Source of the DNA: Bacteroidales bacterium
GTDB taxonomy: Bacteria > Bacteroidota > Bacteroidia > Bacteroidales > WCHB1-69
Reading direction: 5' to 3'
Assembly (NCBI GenBank): GCA_024400755.1
Contig: JAKSMG010000006.1
Location: 17,361 to 81,360 of the forward strand
DNA length: 64,000 nt
Shown here: piece after piece, positions 1 through 10,049 of the stretch
Layout: each line of letters starts with the position of its first letter
Numbering within the stretch: the first letter of the stretch is position 1
Position numbers and translations under genes: made by a program
The notes under the pieces: model-generated
Told to the model about the DNA's origin: nothing
Database searches by the model: none
Seen by the model: the letters and a program-made list of their open reading frames with translations, nothing else

Positions 1-115
1 TCAAGGGAATCATAGCAAAGCCACCACCTAAAGTAAAAGAACCGATTTTGAAAAACACCCAGAAAAGTTCAAACAAACCAGCCATCAGACCTTTATCCTT
101 CTTTGAAAAATTCAT
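1..115 (-). CDS. chromate transporter (ChrA-type) family protein, N-terminal fragment; gene continues past window start
   Basis: Reverse-strand ATG at 115-113 gives MNFSKKDKGLMAGLFELFWVFFKIGSFTLGGGFAMIPL..., a ChrA-like FGGGxAMIP signature. The frame is open to the window edge. Confidence 0.55.
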   Translation of the reverse strand, partial: MNFSKKDKGLMAGLFELFWVFFKIGSFTLGGGFAMIPL

Positions 116-177
116 ATAATCAATGATGCAAAAATAAAAAAAATCATCAAAAACAGACGCATAAAAGAATTTTTATG

Positions 178-185
178 TAACTTTG
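178..185 (+). promoter_or_regulatory. Bacteroidota -7 promoter motif TAnnTTTG (TAACTTTG) upstream of pruA
   Basis: Exact match to the TAnnTTTG consensus, about 50 nt upstream of the ATG at 237. Confidence 0.45.
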
Positions 186-236
186 CAATCAGTTTTTTGA
201 AAAACATTACTATAATCATTTATAAAAAACACATTT

Positions 237-1874
237 ATGAATAACGCATCTTACATTTTCAGAGAGCCTAAAAACGAACCCGTTTTTGCTTACGCTCCTG
301 GTTCACCCGAACGCAAACTTTTAAGAGAAGAATTAGACAGACAATTCAATCAAGTGATTGAAATTCCTTTGATTATCGGAGGTAAGGAAGTCAAAACCGG
401 CAATATGGGCACTGTAGTAATGCCTACCAACCACAAACACGTGTTGGCAAAATACCACAAAGTAGGTAAAAAAGAAGTCCAGATGGCTATTGATGCCGCT
501 TTGGCAGCCAAAAAGCAATGGGAAGACACTCCTTGGATTGAAAGAGCTTCCATCATGATGCGCGTGGGCGAATTGCTGGCTAAGAAATACAGATATGTCA
601 TCAATGCCGCCACTATGCTGGGACAAGGCAAGAACCCAATGCAGGCCGAAATCGACAGCGCATGCGAAACTATCGACTTCCTGCGTTTCAACACTTATTT
701 TGCCTCTAAAATTTATACTCAACAGCCGATTTCTGACAACACCACTTTGAATCGTAACGAATTCAGAGCGATGGAAGGCTTTGTATATGCCATCACTCCG
801 TTCAACTTCACTTCTATCGCCCTCAACCTGAACATTTCCCCTGTTTTGATGGGCAATGTAACCATTTGGAAACCAGCCACTACCGCTATTTTGTCAAATT
901 ATTATTTGATGAAGATTTTCAAGGAAGCCGGTGTTCCTGACGGCGTTATCAATTTCTTGCCAGGCAGCGGCGAAACTATCAGCAGCGTGGCTTTCGCTTC
1001 TCCATATTTGGCAGGTATCCACTTCACTGGCAGTACCAGCACCTTCAAGGCATTCTGGAAGAAAATCGGTGACAATATCAATAATTACAGAACTTACCCT
1101 AAAATTGTGGGCGAAACTGGTGGAAAGGACTTCATCTTTGCTCATAAATCAGCAGATCCAAGAGAATTGGCAGTGGCTATCGTTCGTGGCGCTTTCGAGT
1201 TCCAGGGACAGAAATGTTCAGCCGCTTCCCGTGCATACATTCCTAAGTCATTATGGGATGAAACGCTGGCCCACGTGAAAGAAATGATGAAGACCGTCAA
1301 AGTGGGTGATGTGTTTGATTTCACCAACTTTGTAAATGCCGTCATCGACGAAAAGTCATTCGACAACATCGCCGGCTATATCGACAGAGCCAAAAAATCG
1401 AAAAAGGCGAAAATCGTTTTGGGTGGCAAATACGACAAGTCAGTGGGTTACTTCATCGATCCTACCATCATCGTCACCACCGATCCTCAGTACGAAGCCA
1501 TTAAAGAAGAAATGTTCGGTCCCGTTATCACTGTTTATGTTTATGATGATGAAAAATATACCGAAACACTGCACCTTTGCGACGAAACATCTCCATACGC
1601 TTTGACAGGTTCTATCTTTGCAAAATGCAGATATGCCATCCTCGAAGCTGAAGAAGTTCTTCGTCACGCGGCAGGCAACTTCTACATCAACGACAAGCCG
1701 ACAGGTGCTGTGGTTGGCAATCAGCCATTTGGTGGTGCAAGAGCTTCCGGCACCAACGACAAGGCCGGTAGCGAACTGAACCTCTACAGATGGATCAGCA
1801 CCCGTTCAATTAAGGAAACTTTCTGTCCTCCAACAGAATACGGTTATCCTTTCTTACTTCCTGACAAAAAATAA
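237..1874 (+). CDS. pruA: 1-pyrroline-5-carboxylate (L-glutamate gamma-semialdehyde) dehydrogenase
   Basis: 545-aa aldehyde dehydrogenase superfamily protein. Catalytic regions VGETGGKDF and EFQGQKCSAASR are present, and the N-terminal region is typical of the long P5CDH type. Confidence 0.9.
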   Translation: MNNASYIFREPKNEPVFAYAPGSPERKLLREELDRQFNQVIEIPLIIGGKEVKTGNMGTVVMPTNHKHVLAKYHKVGKKEVQMAIDAALAAKKQWEDTPWIERASIMMRVGELLAKKYRYVINAATMLGQGKNPMQAEIDSACETIDFLRFNTYFASKIYTQQPISDNTTLNRNEFRAMEGFVYAITPFNFTSIALNLNISPVLMGNVTIWKPATTAILSNYYLMKIFKEAGVPDGVINFLPGSGETISSVAFASPYLAGIHFTGSTSTFKAFWKKIGDNINNYRTYPKIVGETGGKDFIFAHKSADPRELAVAIVRGAFEFQGQKCSAASRAYIPKSLWDETLAHVKEMMKTVKVGDVFDFTNFVNAVIDEKSFDNIAGYIDRAKKSKKAKIVLGGKYDKSVGYFIDPTIIVTTDPQYEAIKEEMFGPVITVYVYDDEKYTETLHLCDETSPYALTGSIFAKCRYAILEAEEVLRHAAGNFYINDKPTGAVVGNQPFGGARASGTNDKAGSELNLYRWISTRSIKETFCPPTEYGYPFLLPDKK

Positions 1875-2635
1875 TGAATAAGTTATCAGCTGTCATTATC
1901 ACCTATAATGAAGAGCGAAATATCGCTCGCTGTTTAGAGAGTATCCACACCATCGCCGACGAGGTGGTGGTTGTGGATTCTTTTTCTACAGATGCCACTC
2001 CGCAGATTTGCCAGCAATATGGAGTTCGTTTCATTCAGCACGAATGGGAAGGTTATGTGAAGCAGAAAAACTATGCCAACACCCTCACATCCAACGATTT
2101 GATTCTTTCTTTGGATGCAGATGAAGCTTTGTCGGAAGAATTAAAGTCCTCCATTTTAGATTTGAAAGAACAAAATATTGAGAATCGGGTCTTTTCGATG
2201 AATCGATTGATGAATTATTGTGGAAAATGGATTCATCACGGGGGTTGGTATCCTGAAAATAAGATTCGTGTCTTTGACCGCCGCCATTCTTATTGGATTG
2301 GGCAGAAAGTTCACGAACTTTTATTTGTTCCCGATGATTTTCAAGTTATCAAGCTGAATGGTGATTTGCTTCATTATTCGTATTACACGATTGAAGAACA
2401 TCGGCGGCAATTTGACAAATTTTCCACTTTGTCATCCGAAGAAATTGTGGAAAATGGCAAAAAACCATCCCTTTTTAAAGCCTATATGCATGGATTTTGG
2501 CGTTTTGTGCGGGATTATTTCTTTAAATTAGGCTTTTTAGATGGTCGTTATGGTTGGATTATCGCCAAAATCAATGCCAATTATAACTTTATGAAATATA
2601 AAAAGGCTATCGATTTAATTAAAAATCGACATTAA
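1874..2635 (+). CDS. family 2 glycosyltransferase (LPS-core type)
   Basis: VIITYNEERNI N-terminus and an LDADE (DxD) motif. Its start overlaps the pruA stop by 1 nt (TAATG). Confidence 0.8.
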   Translation: MNKLSAVIITYNEERNIARCLESIHTIADEVVVVDSFSTDATPQICQQYGVRFIQHEWEGYVKQKNYANTLTSNDLILSLDADEALSEELKSSILDLKEQNIENRVFSMNRLMNYCGKWIHHGGWYPENKIRVFDRRHSYWIGQKVHELLFVPDDFQVIKLNGDLLHYSYYTIEEHRRQFDKFSTLSSEEIVENGKKPSLFKAYMHGFWRFVRDYFFKLGFLDGRYGWIIAKINANYNFMKYKKAIDLIKNRH

Positions 2636-2636
2636 A

Positions 2637-4523
2637 TTAGTTTAAGTCAAGATAATAATCGTAAATATTTTGGAGTTTTTCTGCTGATTCAGACAATCCT
2701 CCTTCGCGATTACGAACAATCCATAATTTTTTATGCCGTTCGATAAGGGGTTTTAATTCCGTGGCCAATTCTTGACGAATTTCCAAAGGAATATCTTTTG
2801 TGTTACGGCTTTCCACATTCAATCTTGCTATTCCAAAATGAATGCTGTGTTTGGCCAAATTTGCCGCTAAGGTCAATTCGTCGATAATAATTTTAGCGTC
2901 GCTACATTTGGGATGACCATAGCTTAGGATGGTCAGTGCGGAATCGATTGCCTTTTCGGCTTGTTGCAAAGGTTCGACTTTGAGTTCGCGAGTTTGGTAA
3001 TTTCCTTGGAAGGTCCATTGGTAACGGTGCAAAATCAAGTGAAAGGCGTTGGCGACGCCTTCGGGAATTTGGGCAACTTCGTGAGCTTGACCTAAAAGCA
3101 GGAGGGCTTTGGCGGTTTGTTCTGTTTCGTCTTTAAAAAGGTAGTGATTTAGTTGAAATTCGAGGGAATTTAGGGCTGTCGTGTCGAGGTTCCAGGCGTA
3201 ACTTGTCCCGATAAGTGTTGCGGGAAAACTAACGGACAAGGGCTGCCAATGTCCATAATCACCCCAGTCGGTTAGCAATAAACCTTTTGCCCCGTATTGT
3301 TTTCCGTAATAGGCGGCGTTGTAAATGTTGGCAAAAGCGATGCTGTTTCTGCCAATGAGGGAACGCCAGGTAGAAGTCCCCGGACAAACATAAAATTCGA
3401 GACCCGCCTTTTGAAAATTTGGAAGATTTTTGTTGAAATTGTAGGTTCGGTCATAGCCCCATACCATTGCGATCATATTTTGAGGGATTTGAGGTATCAA
3501 GTCTTTGTGATTAAGTATGATGTCACCCCAAAACATAGTGGTATGGCCTAATTCGTTGACTTCGTTATTGAGTTTGGTCAGATAGTCCAGATATACTTGA
3601 CCAATGCCGAGACTATCGCAGAGGGCCTTGGAATTTCCCAGTCCCAATTCCACCGTTTCATCGCAGCCGATATTGAAATACTGGCTGCTGAAATTGGGCA
3701 GCAGTTCGGCGTAGAGTTCCTGCATCAGTTCGAAAGACTTAGGGTTGGTAGGGTCTAAGCTGGAAAGTTTTCTTGTGCCCCAGATGGTGGCACAATCGTC
3801 GGGACATTCAGCCAAATCCTTGTAGCGGTCGTGGCGGAGCCAATTTTCCATGTGGCCGAACGAGTTCTGGTTTGGCACCAGGTCAATGAAGCGCTCTTTG
3901 CAATAATTGTCCAATTCGCGAATTTCAGCCGCAGTCATCGGGGAGCAGTTTTTCCACGCTTCGGGATGATTTTTGTAAGCGAAAGTATGTTCAGTATAGA
4001 GTTGGAACTCATTGACTTTCCAGCTGGCCAACAGGTCAACAATCTTGTATAAAGTACTCATTTTTGGCACTTTGTTTCTGCTGATGTCGAGCATATAGCC
4101 GCGGCGTTCAAAGTCGGGCGTGTCGTGAATGATAAGGCAGGGTAGGGAGGTTTTTTCGCTGAGACTATAGTCAATAATTTGCAGAAGCGTTTGTGACGCG
4201 TAGAAAAGTGCGGCTCGGTCGCCGCCGGAGATTTTGATTTTATCAGTATGGATACGCAAAATATAGGCCTGGGATTTGATGCTACTGTCAATTTCAAAGG
4301 AAAGAAATGGAAGCAGGTTTAGGTTTTCCACCTTTGAAAGTTTGTTTTTATGAAGAGACAGCAAATACTGCTGGCATCGGACCACCTGATCGTTGGAAAA
4401 AGTATTTTTTTCGCGGAGCATCGTGATGCTCTTGGGAATTGGAGTCAAATAATCCTTGAGGGGTCTGGCTTCCATTGTGACCATGGAAATCATCAAGAGG
4501 AACACGCAAAAAAATCTTTTCAT
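2637..4523 (-). CDS. GH20 beta-N-acetylhexosaminidase, secreted
   Basis: HDTPDFERRGYMLDISRN and the FNIGCDE catalytic region. A signal peptide follows the internal Met (MKRFFCVFLLMISMV), so the start is placed at 4523 rather than the ORF-track 4556. Confidence 0.85.
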   Translation of the reverse strand: MKRFFCVFLLMISMVTMEARPLKDYLTPIPKSITMLREKNTFSNDQVVRCQQYLLSLHKNKLSKVENLNLLPFLSFEIDSSIKSQAYILRIHTDKIKISGGDRAALFYASQTLLQIIDYSLSEKTSLPCLIIHDTPDFERRGYMLDISRNKVPKMSTLYKIVDLLASWKVNEFQLYTEHTFAYKNHPEAWKNCSPMTAAEIRELDNYCKERFIDLVPNQNSFGHMENWLRHDRYKDLAECPDDCATIWGTRKLSSLDPTNPKSFELMQELYAELLPNFSSQYFNIGCDETVELGLGNSKALCDSLGIGQVYLDYLTKLNNEVNELGHTTMFWGDIILNHKDLIPQIPQNMIAMVWGYDRTYNFNKNLPNFQKAGLEFYVCPGTSTWRSLIGRNSIAFANIYNAAYYGKQYGAKGLLLTDWGDYGHWQPLSVSFPATLIGTSYAWNLDTTALNSLEFQLNHYLFKDETEQTAKALLLLGQAHEVAQIPEGVANAFHLILHRYQWTFQGNYQTRELKVEPLQQAEKAIDSALTILSYGHPKCSDAKIIIDELTLAANLAKHSIHFGIARLNVESRNTKDIPLEIRQELATELKPLIERHKKLWIVRNREGGLSESAEKLQNIYDYYLDLN

Positions 4524-4891
4524 AATAATAAAGCTTAGACCTACAAAATTAGTCATTTTTTTGAAAGGGAACGGAGGTCATATCGACTTTTCACTCACTG
4601 TGCTTTGTTAATTTTTGAGGAAAGTTTACGATAGGTGTTTAATATATTGATTTATAAATAGTTGTTTTGTGTATCATAGTTGTTGGAAAAAATGTTTTGA
4701 CCATTGAAAAAACCTTGTGTGCGGATGTTAATAAGTTGTTGATATATGCCGAAAGTAGTGCCGATATTATCGGAAAAAAATTGGAATAGATAGAACAAAA
4801 TTTTTCATTAAACGGGTATGATAAAGAGAGAGAGGAAGTTAAGTGTAATTTTATTATATTAAATATTCTTTTTTCTTACGAATATTTTTTG

Positions 4892-4899
4892 TACTTTTG
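4892..4899 (+). promoter_or_regulatory. -7 promoter motif TACTTTTG for the hydrogenase operon
   Basis: TAnnTTTG match about 90 nt upstream of the ATG at 4989. Confidence 0.45.
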
Positions 4900-4988
4900 C
4901 AAAAGTTTTCAAAAAGTCATTATTGGACTTCATGTCTTTTTGAAAAAGTAGAGAAATACTGAAGTCCCACATTAACACCAAAATAAAC

Positions 4989-5330
4989 ATGGATAAAATT
5001 AAATCGTTTGCAGATTTAAAAAAGAAGAGAGAAGAACTTCAATCCAACCTGAAACTTCGCGAGAGTGGTGATAACGTTGAGAACATGATTCAGGTAAAGG
5101 TAGCCATGGGCACTTGCGGTATTGCTGCCGGCGCTAAAGCCACCATGGAAGCTATTATTAACGAATGTCAGAAGCAAAACTTGGATGTTGTAGTCACCCA
5201 AACCGGCTGTATGGGCAAATGCAATGCTGAACCCATGGTCGAGGTGAAGAAACCAGGACAAGATTCAGTGGTTTTTGAAAATCTGAAAGCAGACAAGGTT
5301 GCTGATTTTGTAGCAAAGAATCTCAAATAA
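4989..5330 (+). CDS. small thioredoxin-like [2Fe-2S] ferredoxin (HndB-like hydrogenase subunit)
   Basis: 113 aa with Cys motifs GTCGIAAGA and GCMGKCNAEP. It is the first gene of the hydrogenase operon. Confidence 0.7.
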   Translation: MDKIKSFADLKKKREELQSNLKLRESGDNVENMIQVKVAMGTCGIAAGAKATMEAIINECQKQNLDVVVTQTGCMGKCNAEPMVEVKKPGQDSVVFENLKADKVADFVAKNLK

Positions 5331-5363
5331 TCGAACAATAATCACAATTAAAAATAAAGAATA

Positions 5364-7157
5364 ATGGCTAATTACAAATACCATATCTTAATTTGCGGCG
5401 GTACGGGATGTCATGCTTCCCAAAGTGCCCAAATCAAAGAGAATTTCGTACAAATCCTCAAGGAGAAAAACTTAGAGAACGATGTTCAGATCGTAGGTAC
5501 CGGCTGCTTCGGCTTCTGCGAAAAAGGCCCTATCGTAAAAGTATTGCCAGATAATACTTTCTATGTACAGGTTAAACCAGAAGACGTAGAAGAAATCATT
5601 AACGAACATATCGTTAAAGGTAGAAAAGTAGAACGTTTGCTGTATGTTGATCCTAAAACTCAGGAACACAAGGAAGACTCCAAGCACATGGGCTTCTACA
5701 AAAAGCAAATGCGTATCGCTCTTCGTAACTGCGGTTTCATCAATCCAGAAAACATTGAAGAATACATTGCCCGTGACGGTTACAAGGCATTGGCAAGCGT
5801 ATTGGAACAAAACGATCCTGAAGCAACTATCGAATTGCTGAAGAAGTCAGGTCTTCGTGGTCGTGGTGGTGCAGGTTTCCCAACAGCTGTTAAGTGGAGC
5901 CTCTGCCGTCCAAACAAGGCTGATCAAAAATATATGATTTGTAATGCCGACGAAGGTGACCCAGGTGCATTTATGGATCGTTCAATCCTTGAAGGTGACC
6001 CACATTCAATCATTGAAGCTATGGCTATCGGTGGTTTCTGTATTGAAGCCACTAAGGGTTTGATTTATATCCGTGCTGAATATCCATTGGCTATTCATCG
6101 TTTGCAAGTGGCTATTTCACAAGCTCGTGAAATTGGTTTACTTGGTAAAAACATCCTCGGTTCGGGTTTCGACTTCGACATTGAATTGAGATACGGTGCC
6201 GGCGCATTTGTTTGCGGTGAAGAAACCGCTTTGATCCATTCTATGGAAGGCAAGCGTGGTGAACCTACATTCAAACCACCATTCCCAGCAGTTGCCGGTT
6301 ATATGAACAAACCATCTAACGTTAACAATGTTGAAACTTTGGCTAACATTCCTGTTATTATCAACAGAGGTTGGGAATGGTTCAGCTCAATTGGTACTGA
6401 AAAGTCAAAAGGTACGAAAGTATTCGCATTGGCAGGCCAAATCAACAACGTTGGTTTGATCGAAGTTCCTATGGGTATCACTCTTCGTGAAGTTATTTAC
6501 GAAATTGGTGGTGGTATTAAGGGTGGAAAGAAATTCAAAGCTGTTCAGACCGGTGGTCCTTCAGGCGGCTGCTTGACTGAAAAGTTCCTCGATACTCCTA
6601 TCGATTATGAAAACCTTGTTGCAGCCGGTTCAATGATGGGTTCTGGCGGTATGATCGTTATGGATGAAACATCATGTATGGTTTCAGTGGCTAAGTTCTA
6701 CTTGGACTTCACCGTTGAAGAATCATGCGGTAAATGTTCACCTTGCCGTATCGGTAACAAGAGATTATGCGAAATCTTGGGCAAGATCACCCAGGGTAAA
6801 GGTACAATGCAAGACCTTGAAGAACTTAAGAACTTGGCAGCAGTTATTAAAGACACTGCTCTTTGCGGCTTAGGTCAGACTTCTCCAAACCCGGTATTGT
6901 CAACTATCGACAACTTCTGGGATGAATATGTGGCACACGTTGTTGACAAGAAATGTCCTGCTGGTCAGTGCAAGGCCTTGAAACAATATGTCATCGATCC
7001 TGAAAAGTGTAAGGGTTGTACTGCTTGCGCAAGAAATTGCCCAGTCAATGCCATCCACGGCACAGTTAAGAATCCACACGAAATCGACCAGTCGGCTTGT
7101 ATCAAGTGCGGTACTTGCTATGAAAAATGTAAGTTTAACGCAATTAGTATTAAATAA
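5364..7157 (+). CDS. NuoF-like NADH-binding flavoprotein subunit of [FeFe]-hydrogenase (HydB/HndC)
   Basis: GLRGRGGAGFPT FMN/NADH site, an N-terminal 2Fe-2S domain, the ESCGKCSPCR cluster, and two C-terminal CxxCxxCxxxCP ferredoxin motifs. Confidence 0.9.
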   Translation: MANYKYHILICGGTGCHASQSAQIKENFVQILKEKNLENDVQIVGTGCFGFCEKGPIVKVLPDNTFYVQVKPEDVEEIINEHIVKGRKVERLLYVDPKTQEHKEDSKHMGFYKKQMRIALRNCGFINPENIEEYIARDGYKALASVLEQNDPEATIELLKKSGLRGRGGAGFPTAVKWSLCRPNKADQKYMICNADEGDPGAFMDRSILEGDPHSIIEAMAIGGFCIEATKGLIYIRAEYPLAIHRLQVAISQAREIGLLGKNILGSGFDFDIELRYGAGAFVCGEETALIHSMEGKRGEPTFKPPFPAVAGYMNKPSNVNNVETLANIPVIINRGWEWFSSIGTEKSKGTKVFALAGQINNVGLIEVPMGITLREVIYEIGGGIKGGKKFKAVQTGGPSGGCLTEKFLDTPIDYENLVAAGSMMGSGGMIVMDETSCMVSVAKFYLDFTVEESCGKCSPCRIGNKRLCEILGKITQGKGTMQDLEELKNLAAVIKDTALCGLGQTSPNPVLSTIDNFWDEYVAHVVDKKCPAGQCKALKQYVIDPEKCKGCTACARNCPVNAIHGTVKNPHEIDQSACIKCGTCYEKCKFNAISIK

Positions 7158-7172
7158 TAAAGCATATAATCA

Positions 7173-8963
7173 ATGGATACAGTAAAATTAACAATAGATA
7201 ATAGAGAAATTGAAGTGCCGAAAGGTACTACTATTCTTAAGGCTGCTCAAAGTATGGGTATTGATATCCCTACTCTCTGCCATTTTGAATTGAACGGATT
7301 AGGTGTTCATAACAGACCTGGTGGATGTCGTATCTGTGTTGTTGAAGTTGAAAAACGTAGAAACCTGGCACCAGCCTGTATTACAGAATGTATGGAAGGC
7401 ATGGTGGTTAGAACCAATTCTATCCGTGTTATCAACGCACGTAAAACCGTGTTGGAACTGATCCTCAGTGACCACCCGGCAGATTGTTTGCAATGTGCAA
7501 AGAGCGGCAACTGCGAATTGCAGGACCTCGCCGTTCGTTTCGGTATTCGCGAAAATCCTTATATCAGCGAATGTCACGAAATGTCACAATATCAGGTGGA
7601 AGTTTCTCCTTCTATCATTCGTGATATGAACAAGTGCGTGATGTGCCGTCGTTGCGAAACGATGTGTAACGAAATGCAAACCGTTGGTGCTTTGTCAGCT
7701 ATCGAACGTGGCTTCCCAGCTGTTGTTTCAACCGCTTTCAACCAACACCTCGAACAATCACCTTGTACTTTCTGCGGACAGTGCGTTGCAGTTTGCCCAG
7801 TTGGCGCATTGACAGAAGTTGACCATACTCCTAAGATTATCCGTGCTTTGGCCGATCCTACCAAGAAGACCGTTGTTCAGGTTGCTCCTGCCGTACGTGT
7901 TGCCCTTGGTGAAGAATTTGGTATGGAACCCGGTTCAATCGTTACCGGCAAGTTGACCGCTGCTTTGAAGGCTCTCGGTTTCGACTATGTATTTGATACT
8001 GATTGGAGTGCCGACTTAACCATTATGGAAGAAGGTACGGAATTGATTGGTCGTTTGACCAAATATCTGGGTGGCGACAAGAGCGTTCCACTTCCAATCC
8101 TGACTTCTTGCTGCCCTGCTTGGGTTAACTTCTTCGAACACCAGTTCCCAGAATTGAAGGATCTTCCTTCAACAGCAAAATCACCTCAGCAGATGTTCGG
8201 TGCCATTGCCAAGACTTATTTCGCAGATAAAATCAACTGCAAACGCGAAGATATGATCAGCGTTTCTGTAATGCCTTGCTTGGCTAAGAAATATGAATGC
8301 AGCCGCGACGAATTTAAGGTTAATGGCAACCCAGATGTTGACTATTCAATCTCTACTCGCGAATTGGCTCGCTTAATCAAGATGGCCAACATCGATTTTG
8401 CTTCTCTTCCAGAAGAAAAATTTGACAGTCCTCTTGGCGAATCAACGGGTGCCGCCGTTATCTTCGGTGCAACTGGTGGTGTTATCGAAGCTGCCGTTCG
8501 TACTGCTTACGAAGTTATCACGAAGAAACCTCTTCCAAAGATCGATTTCGAAGAACTCCGTGGTTTGGAAGGCGTTCGTTCAGCCACTATCGATGTTGAC
8601 GGCTTGAAGTTGAACATCGGTATTGCTCATGGTTTGCACAATGCCCGCAAATTGTTGGAAGACATCAAGGCTGGCAAGTGCCAATTCCACGCTATCGAAA
8701 TTATGGCTTGCCCAGGCGGTTGTATCGACGGTGCAGGACAACCATTACACCACGGCAACAGCGACGTTATCAAGGCTCGTTGGGAAGCTATTTACCGTGC
8801 AGATAGAGAAATGCCTATCCGTAAATCCCACGAAAACCCATCAATTCAGGCTATCTACAAAGAATTCTTGGGCGAACCTTGCGGTCACAAGTCTCACGAA
8901 TTACTGCATACCCATTATTTCGACAGACAGACAACCGTCGAAGTGGATTTAAACAAAAAGTAA
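7173..8963 (+). CDS. hydA: [FeFe]-hydrogenase catalytic subunit (HydA/HndD)
   Basis: H-cluster signatures TSCCPAW, MPCLAKKYE and EIMACPGGCIDGAGQP. N-terminal 2Fe-2S and 4Fe-4S ferredoxin domains are also present. Confidence 0.92.
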   Translation: MDTVKLTIDNREIEVPKGTTILKAAQSMGIDIPTLCHFELNGLGVHNRPGGCRICVVEVEKRRNLAPACITECMEGMVVRTNSIRVINARKTVLELILSDHPADCLQCAKSGNCELQDLAVRFGIRENPYISECHEMSQYQVEVSPSIIRDMNKCVMCRRCETMCNEMQTVGALSAIERGFPAVVSTAFNQHLEQSPCTFCGQCVAVCPVGALTEVDHTPKIIRALADPTKKTVVQVAPAVRVALGEEFGMEPGSIVTGKLTAALKALGFDYVFDTDWSADLTIMEEGTELIGRLTKYLGGDKSVPLPILTSCCPAWVNFFEHQFPELKDLPSTAKSPQQMFGAIAKTYFADKINCKREDMISVSVMPCLAKKYECSRDEFKVNGNPDVDYSISTRELARLIKMANIDFASLPEEKFDSPLGESTGAAVIFGATGGVIEAAVRTAYEVITKKPLPKIDFEELRGLEGVRSATIDVDGLKLNIGIAHGLHNARKLLEDIKAGKCQFHAIEIMACPGGCIDGAGQPLHHGNSDVIKARWEAIYRADREMPIRKSHENPSIQAIYKEFLGEPCGHKSHELLHTHYFDRQTTVEVDLNKK

Positions 8964-8988
8964 TTACTAATAAGAAAAAATCACTAAA

Positions 8989-9483
8989 ATGGATAAAATA
9001 ATCGTTAAATTGAAAAAAGAAGTCAGGGATAAGGTTGTTGACATTTGCAACCAATTTAATAACGAACCTGGCGAATTGATCAACGTTTTGCACCAAACGC
9101 AAGACTTTTTGGGTTATCTTCCAGCTGAAGTACAGGAACTGATTGCTGAATGTCTGCACATCCCAACCGCAAAGGTTTACGGTGTTGTTTCTTTCTACGC
9201 ATTCTTTTCTATGACTCCTAAGGGAAAATATCCAATTTCAGTATGCTTGGGAACAGCTTGCTATGTTCGTGGCGCTGAAAAAATCCTGGATGCCTTCAAG
9301 AAGGAATTGAACCTTGAAGTAGGTCAGACTTCAGAAGATGGTCTTTTCTCATTGAATTGCTTACGTTGCGTAGGTGCCTGTGGTTTGGCTCCAGTAGCAA
9401 TGGTTGGCAACAAGGTTTACGGCCGTTTGTCTCCTGCCGACGTTAAAGGTATTGTTGACGAATATCGCAATATGGAAAAATAG
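8989..9483 (+). CDS. NuoE-like [2Fe-2S] subunit of the hydrogenase (HydC/HndA)
   Basis: CLGTACYVRGA ... CLRCVGACGLAP cysteine pattern typical of the NuoE family. Confidence 0.85.
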   Translation: MDKIIVKLKKEVRDKVVDICNQFNNEPGELINVLHQTQDFLGYLPAEVQELIAECLHIPTAKVYGVVSFYAFFSMTPKGKYPISVCLGTACYVRGAEKILDAFKKELNLEVGQTSEDGLFSLNCLRCVGACGLAPVAMVGNKVYGRLSPADVKGIVDEYRNMEK

Positions 9484-9509
9484 TTTTCTAATATAGATAT
9501 CCGATGAAA

Positions 9510-9542
9510 GAGGGTGACTAAAAGTAGTCATCCTCTTTTTTT
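9510..9542 (+). terminator. intrinsic terminator of the hydrogenase operon
   Basis: Stem GAGGGTGACT / AGTCATCCTC (one G-T pair) followed by a T7 run. Confidence 0.7.
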
Positions 9543-9789
9543 ATTGTCATTAATCTGACTGTGTGGTGATGGTGCAGTTGCCAGCATATTTCCGAGATGC
9601 CACCAAAAGGAATATGCTAATGGATAGTGAACTTGCACTTGGGGTAATTGGAGCGTCCGTAGAATTTGCCGTACGTTCCGTTTCGCAGTATCAACGAGCC
9701 GCTGCATTTTTTTTACTTGAGAATGCTTTTCTTTTCAGTTACTTTCTTTATAACCCAAAGAAAGTAACCAAAGAAAGGTTTTCCGCTGA

Positions 9790-9925
9790 CTAAGCGATTG
9801 CTACAAATCGGGCAGTTGTCGGCTAAACGCTGAAACTCGCTGGCCTCGCACGCTTGGCCAGCTCAAACAGACAGCGTTCTTAACGCCGCCACCCGCCTCG
9901 ATTTGTCACGCAATCCGCTTAGAAG
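9790..9925. repeat. long imperfect inverted repeat in a GC-rich intergenic segment
   Basis: CTAAGCGATTGCTACAAATCGGGCAG... pairs with ...GCCTCGATTTGTCACGCAATCCGCTTAG across about 135 nt. Confidence 0.45.
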
Positions 9926-10049
9926 GCGGAGGATATAAAGTGCCGCGGGGAGGAACGCCGACATCCGGTGCGGCACGGGCTGTGTGGTGAGGTAAATAGT
10001 AAGCAGATATTATACCAACGAGTATAATTTGTATTATATACATCTAAAA

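Noticed and set aside
9563-9793. 76-aa GTG-start ORF in the GC-rich intergenic segment after the hydrogenase operon.
   Set aside because: It has no motif, no ribosome-binding context I could see, and it runs through hairpin-dense sequence. I treated the region as possible ncRNA or element instead.
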